DNA from: a virus
Lineage: Duplodnaviria; Heunggongvirae; Uroviricota; Caudoviricetes
Virus record (IMG/VR): IMGVR_UViG_3300014205_000001
Span: 253,413 to 317,412 of that record
Length of the DNA: 64,000 bases
Direction: 5' to 3' (one strand)
In this document: in pieces, positions 28,952 to 39,003 of the stretch
Layout of the letters: every line of letters starts with the position of its first letter
Numbering within the stretch: the first letter of the stretch is position 1
Notes under the pieces: generated by a model
Told to the model about the DNA's origin: nothing
Seen by the model: the letters and a program-made list of their open reading frames with translations, nothing else
Database searches by the model: none
Translations under genes and position numbers: made by a program

Positions 28952-29911
28952 ATGAAAAAATCAATCTATCTTATACTCTTCGTACTTATAAGTACTATGA
29001 GTTTTTCACAAACGTTTGTTTCAGTTGAAGGAAGTAAATATCAACTGTTAACAGCAACTAATCCAAGTGCACACGATACAATTATCACTGAAACATCCAA
29101 TTCCTATATTACATTCAGTGTAACTTTACCGGCAAATACTCAATATTCAATAAGTATTGGTGCTAATCTTATCCGAACAAAAACTTCAACAGGTGCTTCA
29201 AATGATACTATTAAAATCAAAGCCAAACCTGAATTAAGTTATTCATGGAATGTTAGTAACAATTTCCATTATCGAATTTACACAAGTAACGTGACAATCG
29301 GTCATTTTAGGGTGAAAAATAAAATAAATTTTTTAAATGTAAATTCCGGAATTTCTGGCAATACTATAAATTTCACACTTGATACTTTAAAAGGTTTGAA
29401 TTATCATATTAACAATTCAATATCGAAAAGTATTTATGAATATTCTTTTTCACAAACATCAACTCCGCCATTAAATGCTACGAATTTATCTACTCTTGTT
29501 GTTGGTCCTTTATCCATGCCAATTACTTCAAGCGGTACATATTATTTACATATTCGTGGTTACAGTTATTATCTTGATCCGAATGAAACTAATTTTGGTT
29601 TAACATTTACAGGTTGGATAACATATTCAGTAGCTGCAACCTATACACAAAGCACAGTTGGAATTTCTGAAAACACATTAAGTAATTTTAAGGTATATCC
29701 AAATCCAGCTAAGGACTTTATTACAGTGCAATACACATCAGCCAATAACATTGAAAATGTGTCACTATATAATATTGCCGGTCAGGAAATGACAACTCAG
29801 GCAGTCGAATCTATGGGTGATAACAAGGTAACCTTTAATTTGGAATCCTATCCACAAGGTATCTACTTTGCAAGGATTGGTTCAAGTACTTATAAATTCA
29901 TCAAACAATAA
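28952..29911 (+). CDS. secreted protein with type IX secretion system C-terminal sorting domain
   Basis: N-terminal signal peptide MKKSIYLILFVLISTMSFSQ. C-terminal ~80 aa (KVYPNPAKDFITVQ ... NIAGQEMTT ... GIYFARIG) match the Por_Secre_tail CTD pattern of Bacteroidetes. Confidence 0.75.
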   Translation: MKKSIYLILFVLISTMSFSQTFVSVEGSKYQLLTATNPSAHDTIITETSNSYITFSVTLPANTQYSISIGANLIRTKTSTGASNDTIKIKAKPELSYSWNVSNNFHYRIYTSNVTIGHFRVKNKINFLNVNSGISGNTINFTLDTLKGLNYHINNSISKSIYEYSFSQTSTPPLNATNLSTLVVGPLSMPITSSGTYYLHIRGYSYYLDPNETNFGLTFTGWITYSVAATYTQSTVGISENTLSNFKVYPNPAKDFITVQYTSANNIENVSLYNIAGQEMTTQAVESMGDNKVTFNLESYPQGIYFARIGSSTYKFIKQ

Positions 29912-29913
29912 GT

Positions 29914-29941
29914 AAAAGCCGGACATACATCCGGCTTTTTT
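29914..29941 (+). terminator. rho-independent terminator
   Basis: aaaagccgga/tccggctttt stem plus T-tract. Confidence 0.65.
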
Positions 29942-29963
29942 ATTCACTTTAAAAAATTTAACA

Positions 29964-30263
29964 ATGAACATTCAAGTATCAAACTGCTGCACTAAATGTC
30001 CCTTATTTAATTGGGATGGTGATAATGGGATTTGGGAATGTAAAGCCATTGATCAACAAATAGAATCTTGGGGCGTTCCACTTGAATCAGAATTACATCC
30101 AAATAATAAAATAGTATTTGAAGAATGTCCATTGAAAACAGGTCCCCTTACTATTGAATTAAATAATGAATTTCCACATATTAAAACACGGGAAGAAAAA
30201 CAACATCCCGAAATAACAAAAAGTTTGAACGAATTAAATTCAATGTTGGATAATCAAAAATAA
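29964..30263 (+). CDS. hypothetical Cys-rich small protein
   Basis: 99-aa ORF with CC..C..C and C..C pairs. Confidence 0.4.
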   Translation: MNIQVSNCCTKCPLFNWDGDNGIWECKAIDQQIESWGVPLESELHPNNKIVFEECPLKTGPLTIELNNEFPHIKTREEKQHPEITKSLNELNSMLDNQK

Positions 30264-30264
30264 T

Positions 30265-30915
30265 ATGAGCACAGAAAGAAAAATAATTACAGTTATCGAC
30301 CTGGCAAAAGATTTAGTTGAAAGGTTAGGCATTGAAGCAGCAATTGCGGAATTAAATAAACGTATCGCTGAATGGGAAGCTAAAAAAACAGGATTTGGTC
30401 CACATGATTTTCAAATTTTATGTAAAACTTCAGGTTTACAAACAGCGATACTTTTCATTCAGGAAAAATACTTAACGCAAAATCTTGCTATACCTTACAG
30501 GTTGCAAAAATATAAAGGTGTTGTTTCGGAAATTAAACGTTTATTTTCTGAATGGTTAAATCCAACCTACGGTAAAGAATTTCGTAGAATTTCGGAAGAT
30601 CAAATGAAAGTTACTTTAATGTTTCTATCATGTTTCAAATCTGAACATTACCCAAGTCTATTTGGTTACTGTGAAAGAAGTTATACATTGGATGACGATA
30701 ACTTTCAAAAATCAACAGTATTGGAAAATCCTTTCACAGTCGAATTTAAAAAATTTATTGCTAAACAAAACTTCAATGTCGAATTAACTGCAGGTATGAT
30801 CAGTTTCATTGACTGTGTGATTGAAGAAACAGTTAGTGTTGACCCAATGAATCAAACAGCTTTTGATGTTAAGGAATATCAGATTTTAGAAACTTTAAAT
30901 TACGACTTATTATAA
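30265..30915 (+). CDS. hypothetical protein
   Basis: 216-aa ORF. Confidence 0.45.
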   Translation: MSTERKIITVIDLAKDLVERLGIEAAIAELNKRIAEWEAKKTGFGPHDFQILCKTSGLQTAILFIQEKYLTQNLAIPYRLQKYKGVVSEIKRLFSEWLNPTYGKEFRRISEDQMKVTLMFLSCFKSEHYPSLFGYCERSYTLDDDNFQKSTVLENPFTVEFKKFIAKQNFNVELTAGMISFIDCVIEETVSVDPMNQTAFDVKEYQILETLNYDLL

Positions 30916-31253
30916 TGGTAAAAACAGCTTCTAAGAAACGGAAATCTAAAGACCCATTTATCCTTCATGTTGAAAAAGAAATGGATTGGAACAAAGCAAA
31001 AGTCACTGAATTAGTAAAAAATGTATTGACTATAAATATGGTCAAATGGGATTCAGATTTATTAAAGGATGATTGGACACGTGCATTTAATTATAAATGC
31101 CTTGCAGGTAGTAGTGTAAAATCAGCAATTCGTTCAGTAGTCAATAAATACTTCAAACAACATGAATTAAATTTCAATTTTACAGTTGTAGCTGACCTAT
31201 CCAATAACAGAGGTGATATTTATCACGAATACACAATAATCTTTTTAAAATGA
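30915..31253 (+). CDS. hypothetical protein
   Basis: 112-aa ORF. Confidence 0.4.
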   Translation: MVKTASKKRKSKDPFILHVEKEMDWNKAKVTELVKNVLTINMVKWDSDLLKDDWTRAFNYKCLAGSSVKSAIRSVVNKYFKQHELNFNFTVVADLSNNRGDIYHEYTIIFLK

Positions 31254-31576
31254 AAAATAATAAATGTCCATATTGCCAAGCAACTGTTGACCCAACTAAG
31301 TTCGATCAACATTTGGAAAGCTTAGGTTGTAGAATTGAAACTGAAATCAATTCCGATCCGACTTTACGTTTTAATTTACGCGAAGCCAAAATGGACTACC
31401 GAAATTTATCACATCAAGTTGATATTCAAATAGCAAATTTTAAAATTGCTTTACATCGTGCAATGCATCATAAATTTCCAACCTCTCATGGATTTGAATA
31501 TCGTAAAATTGTTGTACATCCTACACCACCTATTGGTGAACGACATATATTTCCACCACATTCAGATATAAAATAA
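31250..31576 (+). CDS. hypothetical protein
   Basis: 108-aa ORF. Confidence 0.4.
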   Translation: MKNNKCPYCQATVDPTKFDQHLESLGCRIETEINSDPTLRFNLREAKMDYRNLSHQVDIQIANFKIALHRAMHHKFPTSHGFEYRKIVVHPTPPIGERHIFPPHSDIK

Positions 31577-31604
31577 TATAAACCAAAAACAAAAAACAAA
31601 CAAC

Positions 31605-32432
31605 ATGAAAAAACAAATGCTGAGAATAGCAACAGTTGCCTTACTGGCAATATCCTTTTCATCCTGCAGTACAGAAACTGTCAAAGGAGGCGAAGAAGGT
31701 GTATTTATTAAACAACCCTATTTTTGGGGTAGTGATGGTGTCGATACGACAGACATTTTAACAGATGGTCGTGGAGTAAAATCGTGGACTACTGAATTTG
31801 AAAAATTCACAGTTACTCCTATTAATTACGAAGAAAAATTCGATAACATGGCGAGTAACGATAATACTCCTTTGGATTTTGAATCGCATTTGACTTTACA
31901 AATTTTACGCGGACGTTCACCACACCTGCTTAAATATTTCGGTAAAGAATGGTACGCAAATTCAGTGGCTCAGGTATATCGTGGAATGGTTCGTAAATAT
32001 GTAAGTCGTTACACAGCTAACGGATTAATTTCTAACGATAGTATTATCGCATTGATCGATTTACAAATGCAAAATGAATTACAAGAAAAATTGGATAAAA
32101 TGAAATTACCTGTAAAAGTAATTGTAGTAAATATTGGTAAGGCAGTTCCACCCGATGATGTATTACGTGAATCGGAAAGGACATCCGCACAGAAACAAGC
32201 CATCCTTACACAAAATGCTCGTAAAGATGCAGAGGATTCAAGGAAAGCTGCCGAAATTGCCAAAGCGAATGCGGATAAAGCTTATCGTGAGCAGATGGGA
32301 TTTTCTAATGGGGAATACTTACGGTCACAGGAATTATTGAATCAGACACTGTTAATTCAATCCGGTAAAAACATGAATGTCAGTTTCTTCATTGGTAGTA
32401 ATAACGCACAACCAGTAATCAACGCACGTTAA
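31605..32432 (+). CDS. SPFH/band-7 (prohibitin-like) domain lipoprotein
   Basis: Lipoprotein signal ...LLAISFSSC. SPFH-like core followed by Ala/Lys/Glu-rich coiled segment (AQKQAILTQNARKDAEDSRKAAEIAKANADKAYRE). Confidence 0.65.
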   Translation: MKKQMLRIATVALLAISFSSCSTETVKGGEEGVFIKQPYFWGSDGVDTTDILTDGRGVKSWTTEFEKFTVTPINYEEKFDNMASNDNTPLDFESHLTLQILRGRSPHLLKYFGKEWYANSVAQVYRGMVRKYVSRYTANGLISNDSIIALIDLQMQNELQEKLDKMKLPVKVIVVNIGKAVPPDDVLRESERTSAQKQAILTQNARKDAEDSRKAAEIAKANADKAYREQMGFSNGEYLRSQELLNQTLLIQSGKNMNVSFFIGSNNAQPVINAR

Positions 32433-32434
32433 TC

Positions 32435-32677
32435 ATGAAAAACTTAATTTGTATTTTATTAATTACAGTTTTAATATCTTGCGGACCTAGTAAAGAAGAA
32501 ATTGAACAGCGTGAAAAAGAAAAGGTCGAAGCAGCTGCAGCAGTAATCAAACCAAGTGAATATTTGAAAACAGTAGAAAGGACAAATGATTATATGATTC
32601 AAATATTAACAGTGGAAGGCAAAAAATTGGTTATTTATACAGATTTGCGCCGCGGAGTTGTAATGCAACCTTTATAA
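32435..32677 (+). CDS. small lipoprotein
   Basis: Signal peptide with lipobox LISCG. 80 aa. Confidence 0.5.
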   Translation: MKNLICILLITVLISCGPSKEEIEQREKEKVEAAAAVIKPSEYLKTVERTNDYMIQILTVEGKKLVIYTDLRRGVVMQPL

Positions 32678-32696
32678 AATAAACTTCAAAAATATC

Positions 32697-32724
32697 AAAA
32701 GCCCATCAGTAGATGGGCTTTTTT
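32697..32724 (+). terminator. rho-independent terminator
   Basis: gcccatc/gatgggc stem plus TTTTTT. Confidence 0.65.
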
Positions 32725-32766
32725 AGCGTTTATAGAATACCTTGCAAATAATATATAAATAATATT

Positions 32767-35700
32767 ATGAGCAAAGGTAGCATTTCATTAGTCCGCGCAA
32801 ATCCCCTTTTAACATCAAATGTTAAATTGGTAGTTGACACCCAATATAATCTTTATTTAGAATCGTATAATTCAAACTCAGAATTGAGTGATAAACGATT
32901 CAAAAAATATCTGATCACTAATAATTCATTTTTAAGTCAACGAATTGCATCTTTTTACAAAGATATTCCTACGGATATTGCCTTTGAAGTGCGTAATTTG
33001 ACTCAATCTGATGCAATTCAAATTGACTATGATAATCAATTTGATGATATTTATTATTCAGGTCCTCGTAACGTAGATGATACTCGATACACGGAAGAAT
33101 TTCAATACAACACATCTTTAAAATTATGTCCTGCAAATTTACCTAAATACTTCTTTATTTTTCGTATTGACGGACCTGGTGTTGACGCATTACGTAATTT
33201 AGATAATTTAACAGGCTCCAATATCGATAATATAAAAACAGATTATATTCAAAAATTTAAAGTTTGTTCAGTTTTTGATTTGACACCTAAATCTAATTTA
33301 GGAAAATTATGGAAGAAAAACTATATCGATGATGATGTACTTCCAGTATCGCCTGTAGAATTTGTAATGAAAAAATTTGAATTTTCAAAATGGAAAGGAT
33401 ATGATTATTATACAGGTGGTAGTGTTGAAAAATCGTTTATGTTAGACGATTTTATGGCAAATCAAACAACTCACTTTGAATTTGAAAAATTTATTACTGA
33501 AGGTTTTAAAAAGAATGCTGTAATATGTAGTAATATTGCTAATGTTTCGTTTTTATTCGATGATACAAATGCTAGTGTATTTTATAAATTAGGTGGAATT
33601 GCAACAGATATTCATTACTATGAAACTGACTATCCTTTTATTACTGATTGGATTCGCCAAGGTAAAATAACTGGTAGTCAGTACAATAAAGTTTATGATT
33701 CACTTTCTAATAGTAGTTACTATACCTTTAATGAACATGTACCTTATCGTCGTAAATGGACAATTAATCGTTATACAGGTTTTTATGTAGATGATATAAT
33801 TGCATTAGATCAAGTGTCACCTTACGTAACAGTACCTTTTAATATTGGTGCAGGAATCGTAATTGTGAATAATAAATTTGAAGATGGTTCATCTAATCCT
33901 AAAAGTCCTATTGTAGGTGTGTGGAATCCTAATTTACCTATCTATCTAAAAATTGCTAACAAGCATTATTTAATTGAACAACAAGGTGACGAATATTTAT
34001 TAATTTCAGATCAATTGTTTAATGGTACTTTAGATAGTATTGTTACTGCAGCACAGAAAACTGTAAAGATAGTATATGAAAATATCAAATTTAATCCCGC
34101 GTTAGCAATTCAAGTTGATGTTCCTGTATATCGTAGCACGTTAAAATATATTGATGATACATATTATACTAATTTGCAAATTACTAATTATATGGCTAAT
34201 TCAGTGTTAGTAATTAAAATTGCTGATCGTTACTATGCTTTAAAACAAGATGTTAAATTCAGTCAAACATATTATTATTTAGATACTGATGAATATATTA
34301 CATGTGATAGTGAAACTTTATATCGTAAAATAGCATTCAACGATGCTGAAACATTATCGATGCAAGTTTTGAATAAAGACACTCAGATTTCTTATTTTGA
34401 AATATTATTATTACAATTTACAACAGTAGCAGATTTTGATTTTCAACGTACGAATACTCGTTATTCCCAAATTGAAAATGAAAAATCTAATGAAGTTCCG
34501 TATCAACGTAGTTTTATACATTTATTAGATGTAAAAGATACTTCAGTTCCTATTGATTTGTACTATGAAAAATATTATAATATTTGGTTAGATTCTGCAA
34601 ATTTAAATGCTGCAGTTCCAAGTTATAGTCAATTGTTTTCAGGTACAAATCCTTATTTATTACCTTTAAATTCCGAATACGGAACAGGTGATTTATACAT
34701 GTTTGGTAATGATAGTAAGTTGACAAAAATATGGGATGTAAATCAATCCATTGCTAAATGGGGTATTCATAAATCAATTAACAATTCAAGTTATCCTTAC
34801 AAAATGAATAACAGTTTGGATGTTTCAGGTTTATTTAATTTCACGCCATCTATTTACGATGCAGTACCTAATTTACGTTCAATGAATTTAGATTATTTTT
34901 ATAGCCGTGGTTCAATTGGTGAAAACGTAATCAATCGTACGTTACTTGTACACAGTCCTGATTTCTTTGATATTGAATATTATAAAAATCCTAATTCAAA
35001 ATTAGATTTATTTGATTATTTCTTTAATATTCCATCACGATATACTTATGTTGATAATGGAGTAACAAAATTCCGTTATTACGAACATGAACGCATTTCT
35101 TATTTCAGTCAATCTGATTTAGTAAATGGACCTATGATCTTTCATAAAGGTTTATCTGCATATTTACAATATGTTGATACTGATAATCCTAACGTAGCAA
35201 AAACATACAAATATACACCTGCTGACGATTTACAAGATTATGGTTTTAGTATCTTGTTTAATACACGTTATACAGCGAATACTGCTTTACATGGTAAAGC
35301 AGGTATTGAAATTATTTTAAATAAGATTTACAAAAATCTATTAATTAATATTTACATGTATACTGATGGTTCATATTCTTGTGTTGATTATGCAAATCGT
35401 GATAATATTTACGCAATGACAAATTTAGTATTTAATACAGGTCAAATTGCTGTTACAGATACACCAACAGGAGAAAAAGTTTCAGAATTAACTACAAAAT
35501 CAATCACATTAAAAAATCTTACTAATATTTTAAACGGTACGCATTTAACATATCCTGAATTTAGTCAAGGTATACAATATACTGTTGTAGAAACAGTGAA
35601 GACATATACAGTAGCAACCATTGGTGTAACATTACAAGGAGCACAAACTAAAATACAATTTACTGTGTCGGAAGATGTTGAATTTAAAGAAGGTGATTGG

Positions 35701-36828
35701 ATTTATTTAACAAATACAGGTCAAGCTAATTTAGATAATAAAAATGTGCAGATTATTGAAAAATTAAATAATCGTACTTTTTCTTTTTACGAACAAGGAA
35801 ATTATGTAGTAAATATAATTGCACCTACAACAACATTTACCAAAGAAAAATCAATTTTACCATTTAGATTAAGTGTAATTAATCCCGACGAAATCAAAGT
35901 TAATCCGAATGTGAATACAGTTGCAGGTGATATTTCCTGTCCAGTTACTCCTACAAATAAATTCAACATTGATACTGACATTGTCATTAATATTAATAAT
36001 GAAGGTTCGGTACCTTATGTGTATGTAGATGATATTATATCGCGCCGTATAAAAATCAATCCTGAAAAAGAATTAATCTCTTATTCTGATATTGCAAAAT
36101 TAAATTCAATTTTACGTTACAGTGGACATTATGACCCAATTGTTAATAATATCACTTTATTCAAACGTACAAATTTAATTAATTATAATACACATTTAGG
36201 TACAACAGCACCCTATTTTGTAGAATCAGTGTTAGTGAACGGATTTTATTATTTAGTATTGCACTTTAAAGAAAACGTTTCAACAAATGTATTAACTACT
36301 TATTTAACAGTAGGTGATATTTTCCAAGTTATGACGACAATAAGTAATATTGATATTTTTAAATTTAAAACAGGTGAAGTTACGAAAGTTGAACCGTCAA
36401 CATATTTTAATATAGTAACACCTGGAACTAGTGGATATAAAGTTACTTTATCGAATCCGTATGTTACAAATCCATTATCAGGCATTACTTTTACAGCGAA
36501 TCCTGCATTATCTGCACCTGCCGTGATTGATTATGCTTATAATTCATTTACTCAATTCTCAGTAAAATTATTCAGCAAGGTATATAAAAATGTTGAATTT
36601 GCTTATGACTATGCACATTTTGCAACTAATCGTCACATGATTATTAGCAAAGTATATGAAGGTGTAAATCCTTTAAAAACAAGTAACGAAGTATTTAAAA
36701 CAACAAATAAATACCCAATGATTGATGAACATGGTGTAACTGAAGTGAGTCGTAACTTATTTAAAAGTAGTTGGGACCCTGAATTTTACTACAAAACTGT
36801 CAACAATAAATATAAATTAAAAACATAA
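32767..36828 (+). CDS. very large (1353 aa) putative virion protein
   Basis: Uninterrupted ORF, Tyr/Asn-rich beta composition. No recognisable catalytic motif. Confidence 0.5.
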   Translation: MSKGSISLVRANPLLTSNVKLVVDTQYNLYLESYNSNSELSDKRFKKYLITNNSFLSQRIASFYKDIPTDIAFEVRNLTQSDAIQIDYDNQFDDIYYSGPRNVDDTRYTEEFQYNTSLKLCPANLPKYFFIFRIDGPGVDALRNLDNLTGSNIDNIKTDYIQKFKVCSVFDLTPKSNLGKLWKKNYIDDDVLPVSPVEFVMKKFEFSKWKGYDYYTGGSVEKSFMLDDFMANQTTHFEFEKFITEGFKKNAVICSNIANVSFLFDDTNASVFYKLGGIATDIHYYETDYPFITDWIRQGKITGSQYNKVYDSLSNSSYYTFNEHVPYRRKWTINRYTGFYVDDIIALDQVSPYVTVPFNIGAGIVIVNNKFEDGSSNPKSPIVGVWNPNLPIYLKIANKHYLIEQQGDEYLLISDQLFNGTLDSIVTAAQKTVKIVYENIKFNPALAIQVDVPVYRSTLKYIDDTYYTNLQITNYMANSVLVIKIADRYYALKQDVKFSQTYYYLDTDEYITCDSETLYRKIAFNDAETLSMQVLNKDTQISYFEILLLQFTTVADFDFQRTNTRYSQIENEKSNEVPYQRSFIHLLDVKDTSVPIDLYYEKYYNIWLDSANLNAAVPSYSQLFSGTNPYLLPLNSEYGTGDLYMFGNDSKLTKIWDVNQSIAKWGIHKSINNSSYPYKMNNSLDVSGLFNFTPSIYDAVPNLRSMNLDYFYSRGSIGENVINRTLLVHSPDFFDIEYYKNPNSKLDLFDYFFNIPSRYTYVDNGVTKFRYYEHERISYFSQSDLVNGPMIFHKGLSAYLQYVDTDNPNVAKTYKYTPADDLQDYGFSILFNTRYTANTALHGKAGIEIILNKIYKNLLINIYMYTDGSYSCVDYANRDNIYAMTNLVFNTGQIAVTDTPTGEKVSELTTKSITLKNLTNILNGTHLTYPEFSQGIQYTVVETVKTYTVATIGVTLQGAQTKIQFTVSEDVEFKEGDWIYLTNTGQANLDNKNVQIIEKLNNRTFSFYEQGNYVVNIIAPTTTFTKEKSILPFRLSVINPDEIKVNPNVNTVAGDISCPVTPTNKFNIDTDIVININNEGSVPYVYVDDIISRRIKINPEKELISYSDIAKLNSILRYSGHYDPIVNNITLFKRTNLINYNTHLGTTAPYFVESVLVNGFYYLVLHFKENVSTNVLTTYLTVGDIFQVMTTISNIDIFKFKTGEVTKVEPSTYFNIVTPGTSGYKVTLSNPYVTNPLSGITFTANPALSAPAVIDYAYNSFTQFSVKLFSKVYKNVEFAYDYAHFATNRHMIISKVYEGVNPLKTSNEVFKTTNKYPMIDEHGVTEVSRNLFKSSWDPEFYYKTVNNKYKLKT

Positions 36829-37556
36829 TGCGTAAAGATACAATCGTCAGAGATTATTCTCAATTATTTATTAATGGTGTCGTTAACATGCGTGAAAAAA
36901 CTAACATGTTATGTGGCAAAATGATGGATGTTGAAGACGAAGTTAGAATTAGTTATAACTATACTGTAGATGATTTGACAAATATCAATACAGCATCTTC
37001 ATCTCATAATGTAAGTTACAATTTCATTAAAGAAAAAGCTATTAAAAATTTAATGCTTGACCCATCTCAAACAACTATTGATAAATCAAATTTAACGAAA
37101 TGGATTTTTGAATTAGATACAAAATATTTATTACGTGAATATTTATACAATGAAATATTCACAAATAATCCTCATTCAAGTTTTAGAGATATACGTGCAA
37201 ATGATGTACAAGGTAGTAAAATCAGTAAATCATGTTATGATTATATTGATAAAAACGTATTGTCGCGTTATCGTTTAAAAGATTTCATTTTATGGACGAC
37301 ATATTTTGAACTTAAATTAGGTTCAGTTCCTGGTTCAGGTTCGAATGTATTAAATCCTGAAATTAAGTTATTATATCAAACACCTGTGTATTCATTTAAT
37401 GCAATCCCAGCAATTGCTAATCCTGATACTCAACAAGAAACTGTTGCAATGAAACCTTACAATGATGGTTTAGTTGAAATATCCTATAAACAAAAGAAAT
37501 CTTCACAGTATTATACCTTCATTTGGTATTACGATGCTGTGTTTGAAAAGATATAA
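36828..37556 (+). CDS. hypothetical protein
   Basis: 242-aa ORF, start overlaps upstream stop. Confidence 0.45.
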   Translation: MRKDTIVRDYSQLFINGVVNMREKTNMLCGKMMDVEDEVRISYNYTVDDLTNINTASSSHNVSYNFIKEKAIKNLMLDPSQTTIDKSNLTKWIFELDTKYLLREYLYNEIFTNNPHSSFRDIRANDVQGSKISKSCYDYIDKNVLSRYRLKDFILWTTYFELKLGSVPGSGSNVLNPEIKLLYQTPVYSFNAIPAIANPDTQQETVAMKPYNDGLVEISYKQKKSSQYYTFIWYYDAVFEKI

Positions 37557-37589
37557 ACATTTACTTAAAATTGTCATATAATATCCTGT

Positions 37590-38093
37590 ATGGCAAAAAT
37601 TTCACGCTCCGAGTATAATGAATTGTTGATCGAACAGACTGACATGAAAAAAGCCGAATGGGCTGACGCAATCAAAAACATCGCTCCTTTAATTCGTACG
37701 AAAGACCCCAATGATATGACCGAGGCTTCTGCCTTAGGTTTAAGTTATCGTGTCAAATTGTTAGAAGATATTGGATTTTTTTTAAATGAATTAGTAGGTG
37801 AACAAAAAATTATCAAACAATTAAAACGTGATAAATTTTGTCTCTATGCAACAGGTTTAAATATCGACGGCACACGTCCTACAGGTGCAATCATGAATAA
37901 TCCTTTAATTGGTCTTAGTAAATTAAATGGTAGTCAACGTGATATGATTATTAGTGGAGATTTAGCTGAGTACGAACATAGCCAAGAAATTCTTACAAAC
38001 ACAATTGAACAATTACGTGAATATATCAAGACGATTGATTCGTTCATGTTTGCAATAAAAAATCGTTTAGAGATTTTTCAAATCTTAAAATAA
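37590..38093 (+). CDS. hypothetical protein
   Basis: 167-aa ORF. Confidence 0.45.
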   Translation: MAKISRSEYNELLIEQTDMKKAEWADAIKNIAPLIRTKDPNDMTEASALGLSYRVKLLEDIGFFLNELVGEQKIIKQLKRDKFCLYATGLNIDGTRPTGAIMNNPLIGLSKLNGSQRDMIISGDLAEYEHSQEILTNTIEQLREYIKTIDSFMFAIKNRLEIFQILK

Positions 38094-38674
38094 TGAATAC
38101 AGAATACAGAATAGACGGAAATAAAGTTTGGACATTTGAAGCATACAAACATGCATATTACGACTCTTTACCCGATGGTGGATTTGTAATGTTATGGGAA
38201 AAACTCCCGATCGTAGAAGTGTGTTACGACAGTACAGCAGATACTTTAAAACATATTAAAAAAGTAAATGAATATTTAATTGATGCAAGTCAAGAATTGT
38301 TAAATCGTGCAACGTGCCATGACAATAGTAAATTTTCAAATGTTGAAAAATTATTGTTTGATGAAATGACACCTAAACTTCAAACCTCTTCATACGGTAC
38401 AGAAGAATATCAAGCAATGTTGATGCAATTAAAAGTTGCATTAGATCATCATTATGCAAAGAATACGCATCATCCCGAACATTTTACAAACGGTATTGAC
38501 GGTATGAATTTATTCGATGTGGTGGAAATGTTATTGGATTGGAAAGCAAGTAGTGAAAGACATGATGATGGTGATATTTACAAATCAATTGAAATAAATA
38601 AAAAACGTTTCAAAATGAGTGAACAATTAGTGAATATTTATATCAATACAGCAAAATATTTATGGTCAAAATAA
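38093..38674 (+). CDS. possible HD-superfamily phosphohydrolase
   Basis: H..(25 aa)..CHDNSK then HHYAKNTHHPEH and LLDWKA. His/Asp spacing compatible with an HD domain. Weak. Confidence 0.35.
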   Translation: MNTEYRIDGNKVWTFEAYKHAYYDSLPDGGFVMLWEKLPIVEVCYDSTADTLKHIKKVNEYLIDASQELLNRATCHDNSKFSNVEKLLFDEMTPKLQTSSYGTEEYQAMLMQLKVALDHHYAKNTHHPEHFTNGIDGMNLFDVVEMLLDWKASSERHDDGDIYKSIEINKKRFKMSEQLVNIYINTAKYLWSK

Positions 38675-38997
38675 AAAAACAAATACTTATTGATTTTCAA
38701 TTTACTCAACTACAAATTGATGAGTATAATAAATTAGTTGAAACTACAGGACCTAGATATGGTAAAATAGGAAAATGTGAAAGTGAAACAGGTATGATGA
38801 GTCACAATGAAATTTCTCATCAAGTGATGGAAATTCATCAATGCAATACAGGATTACCTAATTCATATTATATTTATATTTTACAATGGGATAATAAAGT
38901 AGGGATTGATTTAGATTATGGACGGTTTGAATTTGAACCTCGCATAGTAGATGGTAAAATTGTATCGTTTGATGCAATTCGTAAAAAGGCATATTAA
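38662..38997 (+). CDS. hypothetical protein
   Basis: 111-aa ORF. Confidence 0.4.
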   Translation: MVKIKKQILIDFQFTQLQIDEYNKLVETTGPRYGKIGKCESETGMMSHNEISHQVMEIHQCNTGLPNSYYIYILQWDNKVGIDLDYGRFEFEPRIVDGKIVSFDAIRKKAY

Positions 38998-39003
38998 TTT
39001 TTA

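Noticed and set aside
33700-33800. YVDD tetrapeptide in the 1353-aa ORF as a possible reverse-transcriptase motif C
   Set aside because: No accompanying RT motifs (A, B, QG/fingers) in appropriate spacing. Context is a beta-rich structural protein.
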